A DNA stretch of 15,207 bases from Planctomycetota bacterium (GTDB lineage Bacteria > Planctomycetota > SZUA-567 > H5-PLA8): the NCBI GenBank assembly GCA_045863855.1, contig BTVV01000141.1, positions 1-15,207 on the forward strand. Direction: 5' to 3'. Made by a program: the position numbers and the translations under genes. Shown in pieces: positions 1 to 8,067 of the stretch; position 1 is the first letter of the stretch, and each line of letters starts with the position of its first letter. The notes beneath the pieces were generated by a model. That model worked only from the letters and a program-made list of their open reading frames with translations. It was not told the DNA's origin and ran no database searches.

Positions 1-280
1 TATATTGTGACGGAGCGTGTCGGCTGAAAGACCCTCTCGCAGGATGAGCAGTAGCCCGTGAGATGACCCCGAGCCAGCGCTTGTGCATGGTTGAGGGGGA
101 GGGAGGCACCCTGTGCCATCTGGTCTCTACTCTTACTTAATGGATTTCGCATGGTGCACAGATGGTCGAATGCTCGTAATTTTGTTCCTTAATCTTCTTT
201 ACAAGAAGATAGTCGACAGCCTCAAAAACGCCAAAAGAGCGTTTTGAGAACTTTCGACCTCTCAGCAGGGTATCCAAACC

Positions 281-748
281 ATGCGCATCCTCGCTCTGGA
301 CACAGGCACCATTACAGGCTGGGCGTATAAGGATGCCGACCACAGCATCAAATCGGGTACGTGGGATCTTACCCCCCACTCTGGCCAGCGACCCGGCGAA
401 CGGCTTCGGACCTTCTATCTGAATCTACGCGAATTCGACAAAAGCGTACCCATCGACTTAATCGTTTACGAGGAACAGCACGGACATTCCGGTACGGCCG
501 CAGCCCATCTGTACGGCGCCTTCATCGGGATCATCCAGCTCTATTCTGAACTCTTCCAAGTCCGCTACGCGCCCGTCGGCGTACAGATGCTGAAGAAGTT
601 CGCAACCGGGCGAGGTAACGCCTCCAAGGAGGAGATGATCGCCGCTGCGCAAAAACGATTCCACCCCCAGCACATCGAGGACGACAACCACGCCGACGCC
701 CTGCACCTTCTAGACTATGCGATAAAGAACTTCGTATCGCCGTCCTGA
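281..748 (+). CDS. Phage-type RuvC-like Holliday junction resolvase (RNase H fold)
   Basis: 155 aa. N-terminal ILALDTG..TGWA (first catalytic Asp), IVYEE (Glu), ATGRGNASKEEM and DDNHADAL (two C-terminal Asp) follow the RuvC motif order and size. Confidence 0.85.
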   Translation: MRILALDTGTITGWAYKDADHSIKSGTWDLTPHSGQRPGERLRTFYLNLREFDKSVPIDLIVYEEQHGHSGTAAAHLYGAFIGIIQLYSELFQVRYAPVGVQMLKKFATGRGNASKEEMIAAAQKRFHPQHIEDDNHADALHLLDYAIKNFVSPS

Positions 749-1647
749 ACCGCCCCCTTCCCCCCATTCTTCCCTTTCTTCCCGACGATCCCGTGCACCC
801 TCGCTCCGCGTTGCGAGCGCAACAACAAGTAATATTCCTTCAAATTTCGGGCATCCAGGAGCGCTGCGGGGTAGGGGTACGCAGTCAAGACCGCTTTCCA
901 ACACGCCATGACCGAGAACTTTTGAACCTTCACGATCCCCAGACCTTTCACGTTCGTTTCCACCACACCAACCGCTTCCGGCGGATACGGCTGGTCGTGC
1001 ACGTACGTGAGCACGTGGCCGGTCACGAGTTGACCGCCTTTTACCACGGCGAACGGTGCCGTGACCCGCAGCGCCGTCTTGAACGTGCTACCGCGGCGCA
1101 GCAGCACCTGCGCGAATCGAGTCAGCATAGCGCGATCCTCCCTGACCCGGGTCTGGTCCGAGTTGGCCACCTGGATTCGGACCACGGACAAATTCTTCTT
1201 GAACCCCAAGTCCTTCAGCAGAATCGACTTTAACAGCGAGCAGCGCCGCATGTAGCACCACGGACATCCAAAGGAATCGCAGCGCTTGCCCGTATAACCC
1301 TCCTCGAATCGATCGGCCGTCCAGCGACCGCCGGCGGGCTGGCAGTTGAGCATCATCCACGGACGCCAACTCGGGATCTCGTACTCTACGTTCAACGCCA
1401 TCACCTGCGCGCGCCACGCCCAGAGCAGTGCGTACAGGTCCGTTGCCATGCGCGACCGCCAATGCCGTCCTTTGCGGCTCCTCTTGTCCTGTCCCTTAAA
1501 TCGCCGCAGTGAATTCCGGTGAACGGTGCGCACCGTGGCCAGGTAATCGTCCCCAATGCCGGCCCCCACGCAGGCACGCAGCACCTGCCGCAGCAGCCCG
1601 TCCGGCCATATCTTGCGCAGTTCCCAACGTAACGGCTCCACGCACAC
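715..1647 (-). CDS. Hypothetical protein with C-x4-CPWC Zn-binding-like motif; possible divergent replication initiator
   Basis: 310 aa ORF with GTG start preceded by GAGGGG. Contains NCQP and RCDSFGCPWCY. Its 3' end overlaps the convergent RuvC-like gene by 34 nt. Function is inferred only. Confidence 0.6.
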   Translation of the reverse strand: MCVEPLRWELRKIWPDGLLRQVLRACVGAGIGDDYLATVRTVHRNSLRRFKGQDKRSRKGRHWRSRMATDLYALLWAWRAQVMALNVEYEIPSWRPWMMLNCQPAGGRWTADRFEEGYTGKRCDSFGCPWCYMRRCSLLKSILLKDLGFKKNLSVVRIQVANSDQTRVREDRAMLTRFAQVLLRRGSTFKTALRVTAPFAVVKGGQLVTGHVLTYVHDQPYPPEAVGVVETNVKGLGIVKVQKFSVMACWKAVLTAYPYPAALLDARNLKEYYLLLRSQRGARVHGIVGKKGKNGGKGAVQDGDTKFFIA

Positions 1648-1914
1648 GCCCCTCGCTCACGTGACTGCGATCATGCCGTGCCTGTCGGGCACGGCAAGCT
1701 CCACTCCTACTATAGGAAAATATCATGGATCCATTCGACCTTCGCGCTCTCGTGCTCGCCTTCGTCATCCTGCTCATTTGGATCGCGAATGGCCACGACG
1801 ACGACGCCCCCGACTGACCGCCGTACCGACCCGGCCCGCGCCCGCCCTGCACTACCGGGCGCGTGGGCGCTCGGGGTCGGTGGCGTGAGCGTGGCCCTGA
1901 CTCAGGAGCCGCAC

Positions 1915-2511
1915 ATGACCACCGCCGCCGATCTACGCGCATTGCCGTCCACCACACCGACCGCCGCCCAGTTCGAAGCGCTGCTGCCCGAACTGCAATC
2001 GCGGGCCGAGCGTATGTCCCGGCGCCTGCCCCGCCGCTACCAGCGGGACGCCGCCGACGACGCGCTGGGCGCGATGTACCTGAACCACGCCCAGGCCGCG
2101 CAACGTGGCAAACGCCTCAACGGGGAGGCGTTGGGCTGGGCTGCCGCCCAGCACCTGCGGCACCGCAGTCTGGTCACGCAGCGCGCGTATCCCAGCCGCA
2201 GGCGAGAAGATTTCGTATCGCTAGACTCGCCCGATCATCCCGCTCCGATCGCCGAGCGCCTGGCCCGCGCGATCACGTCCGACGAACGCGCGGATCCGGC
2301 GGTACGCGTGCAGCAGGCTGTAGACTGGAGAGCGTTCGCTCGGACGCAGCCCAAACGCATGCGCAGGGTCCTGCTGGACCTGTCCGTCGGCCATGCGAAA
2401 TCCGAGATCGCCGCGCGCCTGGGCATCTCGCGCGGACGACTCTCGCAACTGCTCACCCGGTTGGCCGCAGAGATCACTGCGTTCGGTCACGCCGAGACGC
2501 CCTGCACATGA
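1915..2511 (+). CDS. Sigma-70 region-4-like / HTH DNA-binding protein
   Basis: ATG at 1915 follows CAGGAG (1903-1908). C-terminal RMRRVLLDLSVGHAKSEIAARLGISRGRLSQL is an HTH, and the overall layout resembles a degenerate ECF sigma factor. 198 aa. Confidence 0.7.
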   Translation: MTTAADLRALPSTTPTAAQFEALLPELQSRAERMSRRLPRRYQRDAADDALGAMYLNHAQAAQRGKRLNGEALGWAAAQHLRHRSLVTQRAYPSRRREDFVSLDSPDHPAPIAERLARAITSDERADPAVRVQQAVDWRAFARTQPKRMRRVLLDLSVGHAKSEIAARLGISRGRLSQLLTRLAAEITAFGHAETPCT

Positions 2512-2675
2512 CTCCCGCCCAGGCCGCGCCGGCAAGCCCCGACGCGGCCTGGACTTAAAAGTTTCAGAAGCGGCGCTGCGGAAAGATTCGCCCTAGGATC
2601 ATTATCGAGCCCGGGAAAGGCTATTTTTTGGGGTTTGCGGGCAATATAATTCCGGCGAACGATGCGAGGTGCCCC

Positions 2676-3347
2676 ATGGACGAGGACGTGCCCGACGGTT
2701 ACGCGGAGTATCAGGATGAAGCGCGCGAGCACCGCCGTCCGCGCCGCCCGTGCCCGAGCGAAATGCCTACGCACGAATGGCTCCAGGCGCTCGCGCGCGG
2801 CGGTCAGGTCGGTGCGCTCGTGGACGCGCTCTCGAACCGCTGGACGGCCTGCATCGAGACCGCGAACGAGAAAAGGCGGCTGCTGAACGAGGTACTCAAG
2901 GCCAACGCCGACAAGGGGTTACCGGTTTTGATCGACGCCGTATTTCGCTGCATGATCGAGTACGACGCGAGATTGCTGCTGACGCGCCAGGTGTTGATCG
3001 CCGAGCAGATGGCGCAATACAATGGGAGGGAGGAGGTAACGCTCCGACCGTCGCCTGCGGTGATCGAGGAATTGGGCAAACTTTTGCGCATGGAAATGCG
3101 GCTGGTCGATTTGTGTGAGCGGTACGCGAGAATTTCCCACGTGTTGAAACTCGCCGGCTATCGCCCAATTCTAAACCCGAAAGTTGAGGCGCCTCCCACG
3201 CCGTACCGGCCACCCGCGTCAGAACCTCACGTTCAACACACCTCACAACCCCCGTCTCGTTGTGCCCCGGAGGTGCAAATTGCCTGTCATTCGAAACACG
3301 ATCGGCCCGCCAGACCCGTTTCAGTCCCTGTCTGGGCGCCAACTTAA
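2676..3347 (+). CDS. Hypothetical helical protein
   Basis: ATG 2676 follows GAGGTG, with a TATAAT at 2645-2650. Helical core and Pro-rich tail. 223 aa. Confidence 0.6.
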   Translation: MDEDVPDGYAEYQDEAREHRRPRRPCPSEMPTHEWLQALARGGQVGALVDALSNRWTACIETANEKRRLLNEVLKANADKGLPVLIDAVFRCMIEYDARLLLTRQVLIAEQMAQYNGREEVTLRPSPAVIEELGKLLRMEMRLVDLCERYARISHVLKLAGYRPILNPKVEAPPTPYRPPASEPHVQHTSQPPSRCAPEVQIACHSKHDRPARPVSVPVWAPT

Positions 3348-3801
3348 GGATCTCCTCGTTGAAATGCGTGCCGTTCTGGAGCAAAACGGGATCGTTCAGC
3401 GGCGTGGCGACCACTTTCGACTCAGGTACCGGGAACTTGAGCCCGAGTCTGGTTTCAGAGTTCATCGTTCGATATGGATCGGCCGAGATCCCTACGAGGC
3501 CGGCGCGGTCGCCAGCTTAATAAAGCGCTGGAAGGACGAGCGTAAAGCGCGCCTAGCATTGGCGGAGCAGCGTCGCGTGGCGGAGGCCAAGAACAAACGC
3601 CGCCAGGTGTTAGCGCGCGCCAAGGAGCACCTGTTGCTGGGCCTAATGAGCGGTGGAGGACGCGGCCATATCCGGAACGTGATCCGCGAGTTCGATGCTG
3701 CTGCTGCTAAAGGGACGTGGGCGGCCCTTGAATTCGTCAACGAACTCGCGCGCCGTACGCCGCCGCAAGCGGGCAGGAAAACGGAGATGTGCCTGTGGTA
3801 G
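3280..3801 (+). CDS. Hypothetical basic protein, possibly nucleic-acid binding
   Basis: In-frame TTG at 3280 follows GGAGG (3269-3273); alternative ATG at 3364. FRLRYRE...HRSIWIGR beta motif followed by an Arg/Lys-rich helix. Confidence 0.6.
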   Translation: MPVIRNTIGPPDPFQSLSGRQLKDLLVEMRAVLEQNGIVQRRGDHFRLRYRELEPESGFRVHRSIWIGRDPYEAGAVASLIKRWKDERKARLALAEQRRVAEAKNKRRQVLARAKEHLLLGLMSGGGRGHIRNVIREFDAAAAKGTWAALEFVNELARRTPPQAGRKTEMCLW

Positions 3802-3889
3802 GCGCCACCGGGGCACGCATGTGAGCCGCTCGGGCGGGATTTCCTAAATAGTTCGCGCCCGAATGAATAGCGCACGAGTCTCGTGATTT

Positions 3890-4000
3890 CGACCGTCCGT
3901 GAGCCTCGTTCTGGGGCTGAATTTTCGTAGCCTAACGGACACCCTAAAACGGATAGGGATTTGGGTCCGGCGATGACCGCGATTTAGCGTCCGCATTTTG
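3890..4000. promoter_or_regulatory. Candidate res site / promoter region of the serine resolvase
   Basis: GTCCG/CGGAC-like half-sites in both orientations at 3895, 3936, 3950, 3965 and 3989, directly upstream of the resolvase, where res sites usually lie. Confidence 0.35.
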
Positions 4001-4031
4001 CCGCTCAAACTACCCCCTAAAGGAGGCCGCC

Positions 4032-4664
4032 ATGGCCCGCCAAAAAGCGGCGCTACGCGTCGCGATTTACGCCCGCGTCAGCACCAGCGGGCAAGAGGTC
4101 GAAAATCAGCTTCACGATCTGCGGTTGTTCGTACGGCAGCGCGGCTGGGTCATCCAGGGGGAATACGTGGACGCGGGGGTATCGGGCACGAAAGAGTCGC
4201 GCCCTGCCCTCGACCGGTTGCTGGCTGTGGCGCGAAAGAACCAGGTGGATGTGTTGTTGGTTTGGCGACTTGATCGTCTGGGCCGGAGCGTCAAACACCT
4301 TGTCCTGTTGCTCGATGAGTTACGCAGGCTGGACGTGTCGTTTGTATCCCTCCACGAGAACCTGGATTCGAATTCACCCGTGGGTAAAGCGGTGCTGGGT
4401 ATTTTCGCGGTGCTGGCGGAGATGGAGCGGGAACTGATCGTACAGCGGGTGCAGGCGGGCTTGGCTCGCGCGCGTAGGGAGGGCAAGCGCCTGGGAAGGC
4501 CGCCGGTGGTGATCGATTGGACTCGGTTGCAGAAGTACGCGCGGAAGCACATGTCGGTGCGTGCTATGTCGAAGCATTTGGGAATCTCACGTGGGACCGT
4601 GGCCAGGGCGTTACGAACGTTGAAGCGCCGACGCGGCAGGCGCACTCGTGAACGGAAGCCATAG
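4032..4664 (+). CDS. Small serine recombinase (resolvase/invertase family) with C-terminal HTH
   Basis: YARVST catalytic Ser motif, RPALDRL, VWRLDRLGRS, AEMERELIVQRVQAGLARARREGKRLGRP and a C-terminal HTH. Strong RBS AAGGAGG at 4020-4026. Confidence 0.95.
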   Translation: MARQKAALRVAIYARVSTSGQEVENQLHDLRLFVRQRGWVIQGEYVDAGVSGTKESRPALDRLLAVARKNQVDVLLVWRLDRLGRSVKHLVLLLDELRRLDVSFVSLHENLDSNSPVGKAVLGIFAVLAEMERELIVQRVQAGLARARREGKRLGRPPVVIDWTRLQKYARKHMSVRAMSKHLGISRGTVARALRTLKRRRGRRTRERKP

Positions 4665-4673
4665 GGGGTGGCC

Positions 4674-4691
4674 AACAAACAGCTGTTTGTT
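4674..4691. repeat. Perfect 18-bp palindrome AACAAACAGCTGTTTGTT
   Basis: Read directly. Imperfect arms extend to ~4662-4700 (TAGGG..GTG / CACCCTA). Confidence 0.8.
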
Positions 4692-4739
4692 AGCACCCTA
4701 ACGGGTCGAGCGCCTTAATGAGCCCTGGTCGCACTATAT

Positions 4740-4764
4740 AAAGGTAGGGAAAGACCTGCCTTTT
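4740..4764 (+). terminator. Putative intrinsic terminator downstream of the resolvase
   Basis: AAAGGTAGG-GAAAGA-CCTGCCTTT hairpin (one G-U pair) ending in a short T run. Confidence 0.45.
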
Positions 4765-5298
4765 CAATGGGTGAGCCCGAAACTACAAGGGGTAGTGGGT
4801 CGGGGGCGAGAGGGACACGGGATGGCGGCTGCACGAGCAGATTCTATTGCTGTTGGAGAACTACCGGGCCGGTATGGGGAGATCCGCTAAGTGGATCGAG
4901 AACCTGATCGCTACCTGGGCGCTCATGAGTGAAAGCCGAAGGGGTGACATCCTCCCCTTATTATCTAGGAATTAGATTGATCCGCCGCATACCCGGACTA
5001 GCATCCAGCCTCCACCGTACCGGCGTGCCCATTAGGGCCGAGGGTCGGTGTGCGTGAGCGGCGAGGCATTCAGCCAAACTGCTCGTTCAGTACCTCAGAC
5101 TCTCCACTCCATAGTTGGCGCGGCACCGTTGCCGCCAGACAGAGCCCGTTTGCCTGTCTGGCGACGAATGCGATTCCGTGCCTCAGCACGTACTGCGATT
5201 CCGCGGTGGAGGCGTGGCGGCATGCCCGAACTGAGGTCTGACCGTAATTTTGACCGTCGTAAGCCGTTGCCGAAAAATGACTTGGGAGAATCCTGTCC

Positions 5299-5330
5299 CA
5301 GAACCCCGACAACGATCTATTTTTCGCCAC
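5299..5330. other. Candidate tyrosine-recombinase core site (CGACAA-8 bp-TTTTCG)
   Basis: Imperfect inverted arms 5307-5312 and 5321-5326 around the asymmetric 8-bp spacer CGATCTAT, ~35 bp before the ATPase gene start. Confidence 0.4.
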
Positions 5331-5359
5331 CGCCGTCTGCTACCACCTCCAGCGGATCC

Positions 5360-7813
5360 ATGGAGGCGGTCGCGGTGGATGTGCTGGCGGTGGTCGTCGA
5401 GCGTGCGCAGCAGGCCCTGAGTTCCAGCGCCGACGCGCAGGCGTTCCTGCACGCGCACGGGCTCAACGCTCCCGAAGTGCTGAGTTCGTATCGTGTCGGC
5501 TGGAGCGGACCCAACCTGCTCGACGGGATCGACCCCGCTGCGCTGAAGGCAGCGGGCCTTGTTTTCGGTAACCGGCTTTGTCCGGTGAAAGCTCCCGGCC
5601 TACTGCTGCCCACGTTCGATCCGCACGAACCCAATCAACCTGTGGGCCTCGTCAAACTCGCGCCGTACTTGGGACGGCATGCGTTTTCGACGACACCCCC
5701 GCACGGGCTGGCACTACCGTGCGAGCATGCGGCTGGCCGGACTGTCGTTGCCGATCACCCGATGTTGCTCCTGAAGCTGGCGCAGGAAGGTGTGCGCGGC
5801 GCTGTGCTGGTGTGTGGCGACGAACTGCTCGAAGCCCACGCGGACTGGCTGAAGGCGCGCGAGATCGTCGTGGCCTCGTACCGTAAGCCAGCGCTAAAGC
5901 GTATGCAGGACTTGCTGGGTCCGGATGTGCCGGCCGCGTGGTGCCATACGGAGTTCGTGCGCACGCCTACGGACTCGCTGGCGCTGCTGGGCATCGACAA
6001 GGCCAACCTGCCGGCCTCGAAGCTCGCTGGGCGTTCGCGTCCCAAGAAGCGCAAGGGCAACTCGTCAGTGGCCGTGCAGCAAGCCGAACGCGCCGATACG
6101 CCTGCGCCCGCTGCCGCGCAGACGGTGGCCGAGTGCGGGGATGCCCCGCCGCCCGCGCTTTCTCTTAGCTATCAGCCCGCCGAGGGTACGCCCGGCACGC
6201 AGGGCCACGCGGAGCATGCTCCCGCGCCCCCGCCTGCCGAGGCCGCCGCCCCCTTGGCCATCGAAGTCATTTCGCCGCTGGCCGCCGAATACCCCGAGAA
6301 GCCCGAGTTGGTAACCCACGATACCCGGATGCTACGGGCAGTCTTCAGGGCCGGCGACGCGACCTACGAAGTCGAGACTGCATTCGATGTGGGCAGCAAG
6401 CTGGAGGTGAGCGTCGAGCGGCAGAGCCAGAAGGCCCGGGATCGTTTCGACCTGGCCAAAGAGGCGCAACGCAAGCGCTTCGCCACCAGCGCCGCCCTGC
6501 GTACCGGCGTTCCCTGCGAAGTCGTCGAAGCCCATCTGATCGTGCTCCTGGACGCCGTGCGCGTGCTTCAAGCGGCGGTGCTCGACCCCACCAAGAAAGC
6601 TTCGACGCCTGCGGCCGAACGCATGTCCGATGCCGAGCGCGAGGATGCGCTGGCGCTGCTGCGCCGGCCTGACCTGCTCGACGCGGTTGCCGGTGAACTG
6701 GAAGCCCTGGGGTGGGTGGGCGAAGAGAGCCTCAAGCGCCTGCTTTTCCTGGTCACGCTCTCGCGCAAGCTCCCCGATCCGCTGCACGCGGCCCTGCGCT
6801 CGCCCAGCGGCGGCGGCAAGACCTTCGCCCTGGAGGCGCTGTGCGCCGCCACCCCGCCCGAAGACCTGATCCGATTATCGAACCTGACCCAGGCCGCGCT
6901 GATCCACCAAGGATACGGACTGCGCCACAAGCTCCTGTGCCTCTCCGAGTCGGACGTGCTGGAACGCGAAGTGATCGTCCAACTGCGCGTGCTGCTCAGC
7001 GAAGGTGTGTTGCGCCAAGCCGGTACGATGCGCGACGCCGCCACGGGTACGGTCGTCTCGGACTTCCGGGAAGCGAAAGGCCCGGTGGCGTTCCTGACCA
7101 GCACCACCCGCGACTTGGACCGCGAGGTCTTGGACCGTTGTTACGACCTGACCCCCGATGACTCCGAAGCGCAGACGCAGCGGATTATGGAAGCGCAGCG
7201 GTTGTCCAAGCGCGAAGCGGCCGGCTTAGCCCACCGGGCGCGGATCACGACGCGCCTGCGTAACCTCCAGCGCCTGATCGAACCCCTTCCGGTGGCGATC
7301 CCCTACGCGGACCGGATCGAGTTTCCGGCCGCGAACATCCGCCTGCGCCGCGAGCACCAGCGCTTCCTGCGCCTGATCGAGGCCAGCGCTTTGCTGCATC
7401 AGTACCAGCGCCTGCGGGAGCATGGCTGCATCCTGGCCGATAGCGCCGACTTCGAGATCGCGCTGCACTTGGCGGGGGATTCCATTGGCCGGGCGGTGGA
7501 CGAACTCTCGCGGCATGCGGCGGCCGTATGGGCGTTGGTCCGCGAGCAGCGCTTGGCCGCGTTCAGCCTGAACGAACTGCAGGCGCACTTGCCCGGCTGG
7601 ACCCGGCACCGGATTTACAGCGCCTTGGAAGAACTCAACCGCGTGGAGTTCGTCACGTCCGAGCGTGGCCGGGGCAAGGTCCGCACGTACCGCCCCGTGG
7701 CGCTGAGCGTGCGTGATCGGCTCGAAGCGGCGGTGCGGCTACGCACGATGGAGGAGTTGTCGGAGGCTCGCAAGCGTGACAACAACTTTATTCCTAGGGC
7801 CGCAACGGGTTAA
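5360..7813 (+). CDS. DnaG-primase-derived protein fused to a P-loop (AAA+/MCM-like) ATPase and probable C-terminal winged helix
   Basis: N-terminal AQAFLHAHGL...SYRVGWS resembles the DnaG core N-terminus. Pro/Ala linker, Walker A SPSGGGKT, Walker B-like LLCLSE, DREVLDR Arg-finger-like motif, and RREHQRFLRLIEASALL. Start placed at ATG 5360, where protein-like sequence begins (817 aa); the ORF is open from 5048. Confidence 0.8.
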   Translation: MEAVAVDVLAVVVERAQQALSSSADAQAFLHAHGLNAPEVLSSYRVGWSGPNLLDGIDPAALKAAGLVFGNRLCPVKAPGLLLPTFDPHEPNQPVGLVKLAPYLGRHAFSTTPPHGLALPCEHAAGRTVVADHPMLLLKLAQEGVRGAVLVCGDELLEAHADWLKAREIVVASYRKPALKRMQDLLGPDVPAAWCHTEFVRTPTDSLALLGIDKANLPASKLAGRSRPKKRKGNSSVAVQQAERADTPAPAAAQTVAECGDAPPPALSLSYQPAEGTPGTQGHAEHAPAPPPAEAAAPLAIEVISPLAAEYPEKPELVTHDTRMLRAVFRAGDATYEVETAFDVGSKLEVSVERQSQKARDRFDLAKEAQRKRFATSAALRTGVPCEVVEAHLIVLLDAVRVLQAAVLDPTKKASTPAAERMSDAEREDALALLRRPDLLDAVAGELEALGWVGEESLKRLLFLVTLSRKLPDPLHAALRSPSGGGKTFALEALCAATPPEDLIRLSNLTQAALIHQGYGLRHKLLCLSESDVLEREVIVQLRVLLSEGVLRQAGTMRDAATGTVVSDFREAKGPVAFLTSTTRDLDREVLDRCYDLTPDDSEAQTQRIMEAQRLSKREAAGLAHRARITTRLRNLQRLIEPLPVAIPYADRIEFPAANIRLRREHQRFLRLIEASALLHQYQRLREHGCILADSADFEIALHLAGDSIGRAVDELSRHAAAVWALVREQRLAAFSLNELQAHLPGWTRHRIYSALEELNRVEFVTSERGRGKVRTYRPVALSVRDRLEAAVRLRTMEELSEARKRDNNFIPRAATG

Positions 7814-7898
7814 GGGGGTGTTGTCGGAAACCCGGGGAGGTGACACCCCTCTTTTTTTGCTTGGAAGTTGGTTTTACGTGGATCGTAGTCGTAGGTGG
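7783..7898 (+). repeat. Composite direct repeat, copy 1
   Basis: 32-bp block 7783-7814 matches 7947-7978 at 24/32. Block 7834-7898 matches 8004-8067, beginning with an identical 24-mer GGGGAGGTGACACCCCTCTTTTTT. Confidence 0.85.
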
Positions 7899-7946
7899 TG
7901 CGGGTCCACCTTCGTGCAGTTGGCGAGGTTGGCGAGCGCGTCTCGC

Positions 7947-8067
7947 CAACTTTACGCCTGGCGTAGCAAAGGTTTAAGCCCGGTTGGTGAGTTGGCGTGG
8001 CGTGGGGAGGTGACACCCCTCTTTTTTGTCGAGAAGTATGTTTTCGCTGGAACGTAGCCGTAGGTGG
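7947..8067 (+). repeat. Composite direct repeat, copy 2
   Basis: See copy 1; offset 164-170 bp. Ends ~20 bp before the first recombinase ATG. Confidence 0.85.

Noticed and set aside
221..248. Hairpin CTCAAAAACGC...GCGTTTTGAG upstream of the RuvC-like gene
   Set aside because: Real but short, bulged and single-copy; no function can be supported.
281..748. TnpB/Cas12-like RuvC with serine recombinase (IS607-like)
   Set aside because: 155 aa contiguous HJ-resolvase-type RuvC with no Zn ribbon. The resolvase is 3.3 kb away and has a C-terminal rather than N-terminal HTH.
793..1233. Numerous overlapping/antisense ORFs here and across the window (e.g. 4112-4696, 6568-7107, 10699-11250)
   Set aside because: Shadow frames of better-supported genes in GC-rich DNA; no motifs or RBS.
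3184..3347. Programmed frameshift joining the 2676 and 3184 ORFs
   Set aside because: A TTG start with good RBS at 3280 explains the overlap, and no clear slippery heptamer was seen.
4710..4800. Hammerhead ribozyme (TAATGAG...CGAAAC)
   Set aside because: Core lacks CUGAUGA, the cleavage position would be G, and no convincing stem I or II.
5048..5359. N-terminal extension of the 921-aa ORF
   Set aside because: Not protein-like, has no Zn finger, and overlaps the candidate cis-site cluster. ATG 5360 preferred.
7834..8067. CRISPR array
   Set aside because: Only two copies with ~170 bp period, similarity extends beyond the core repeat, and no cas genes are present.
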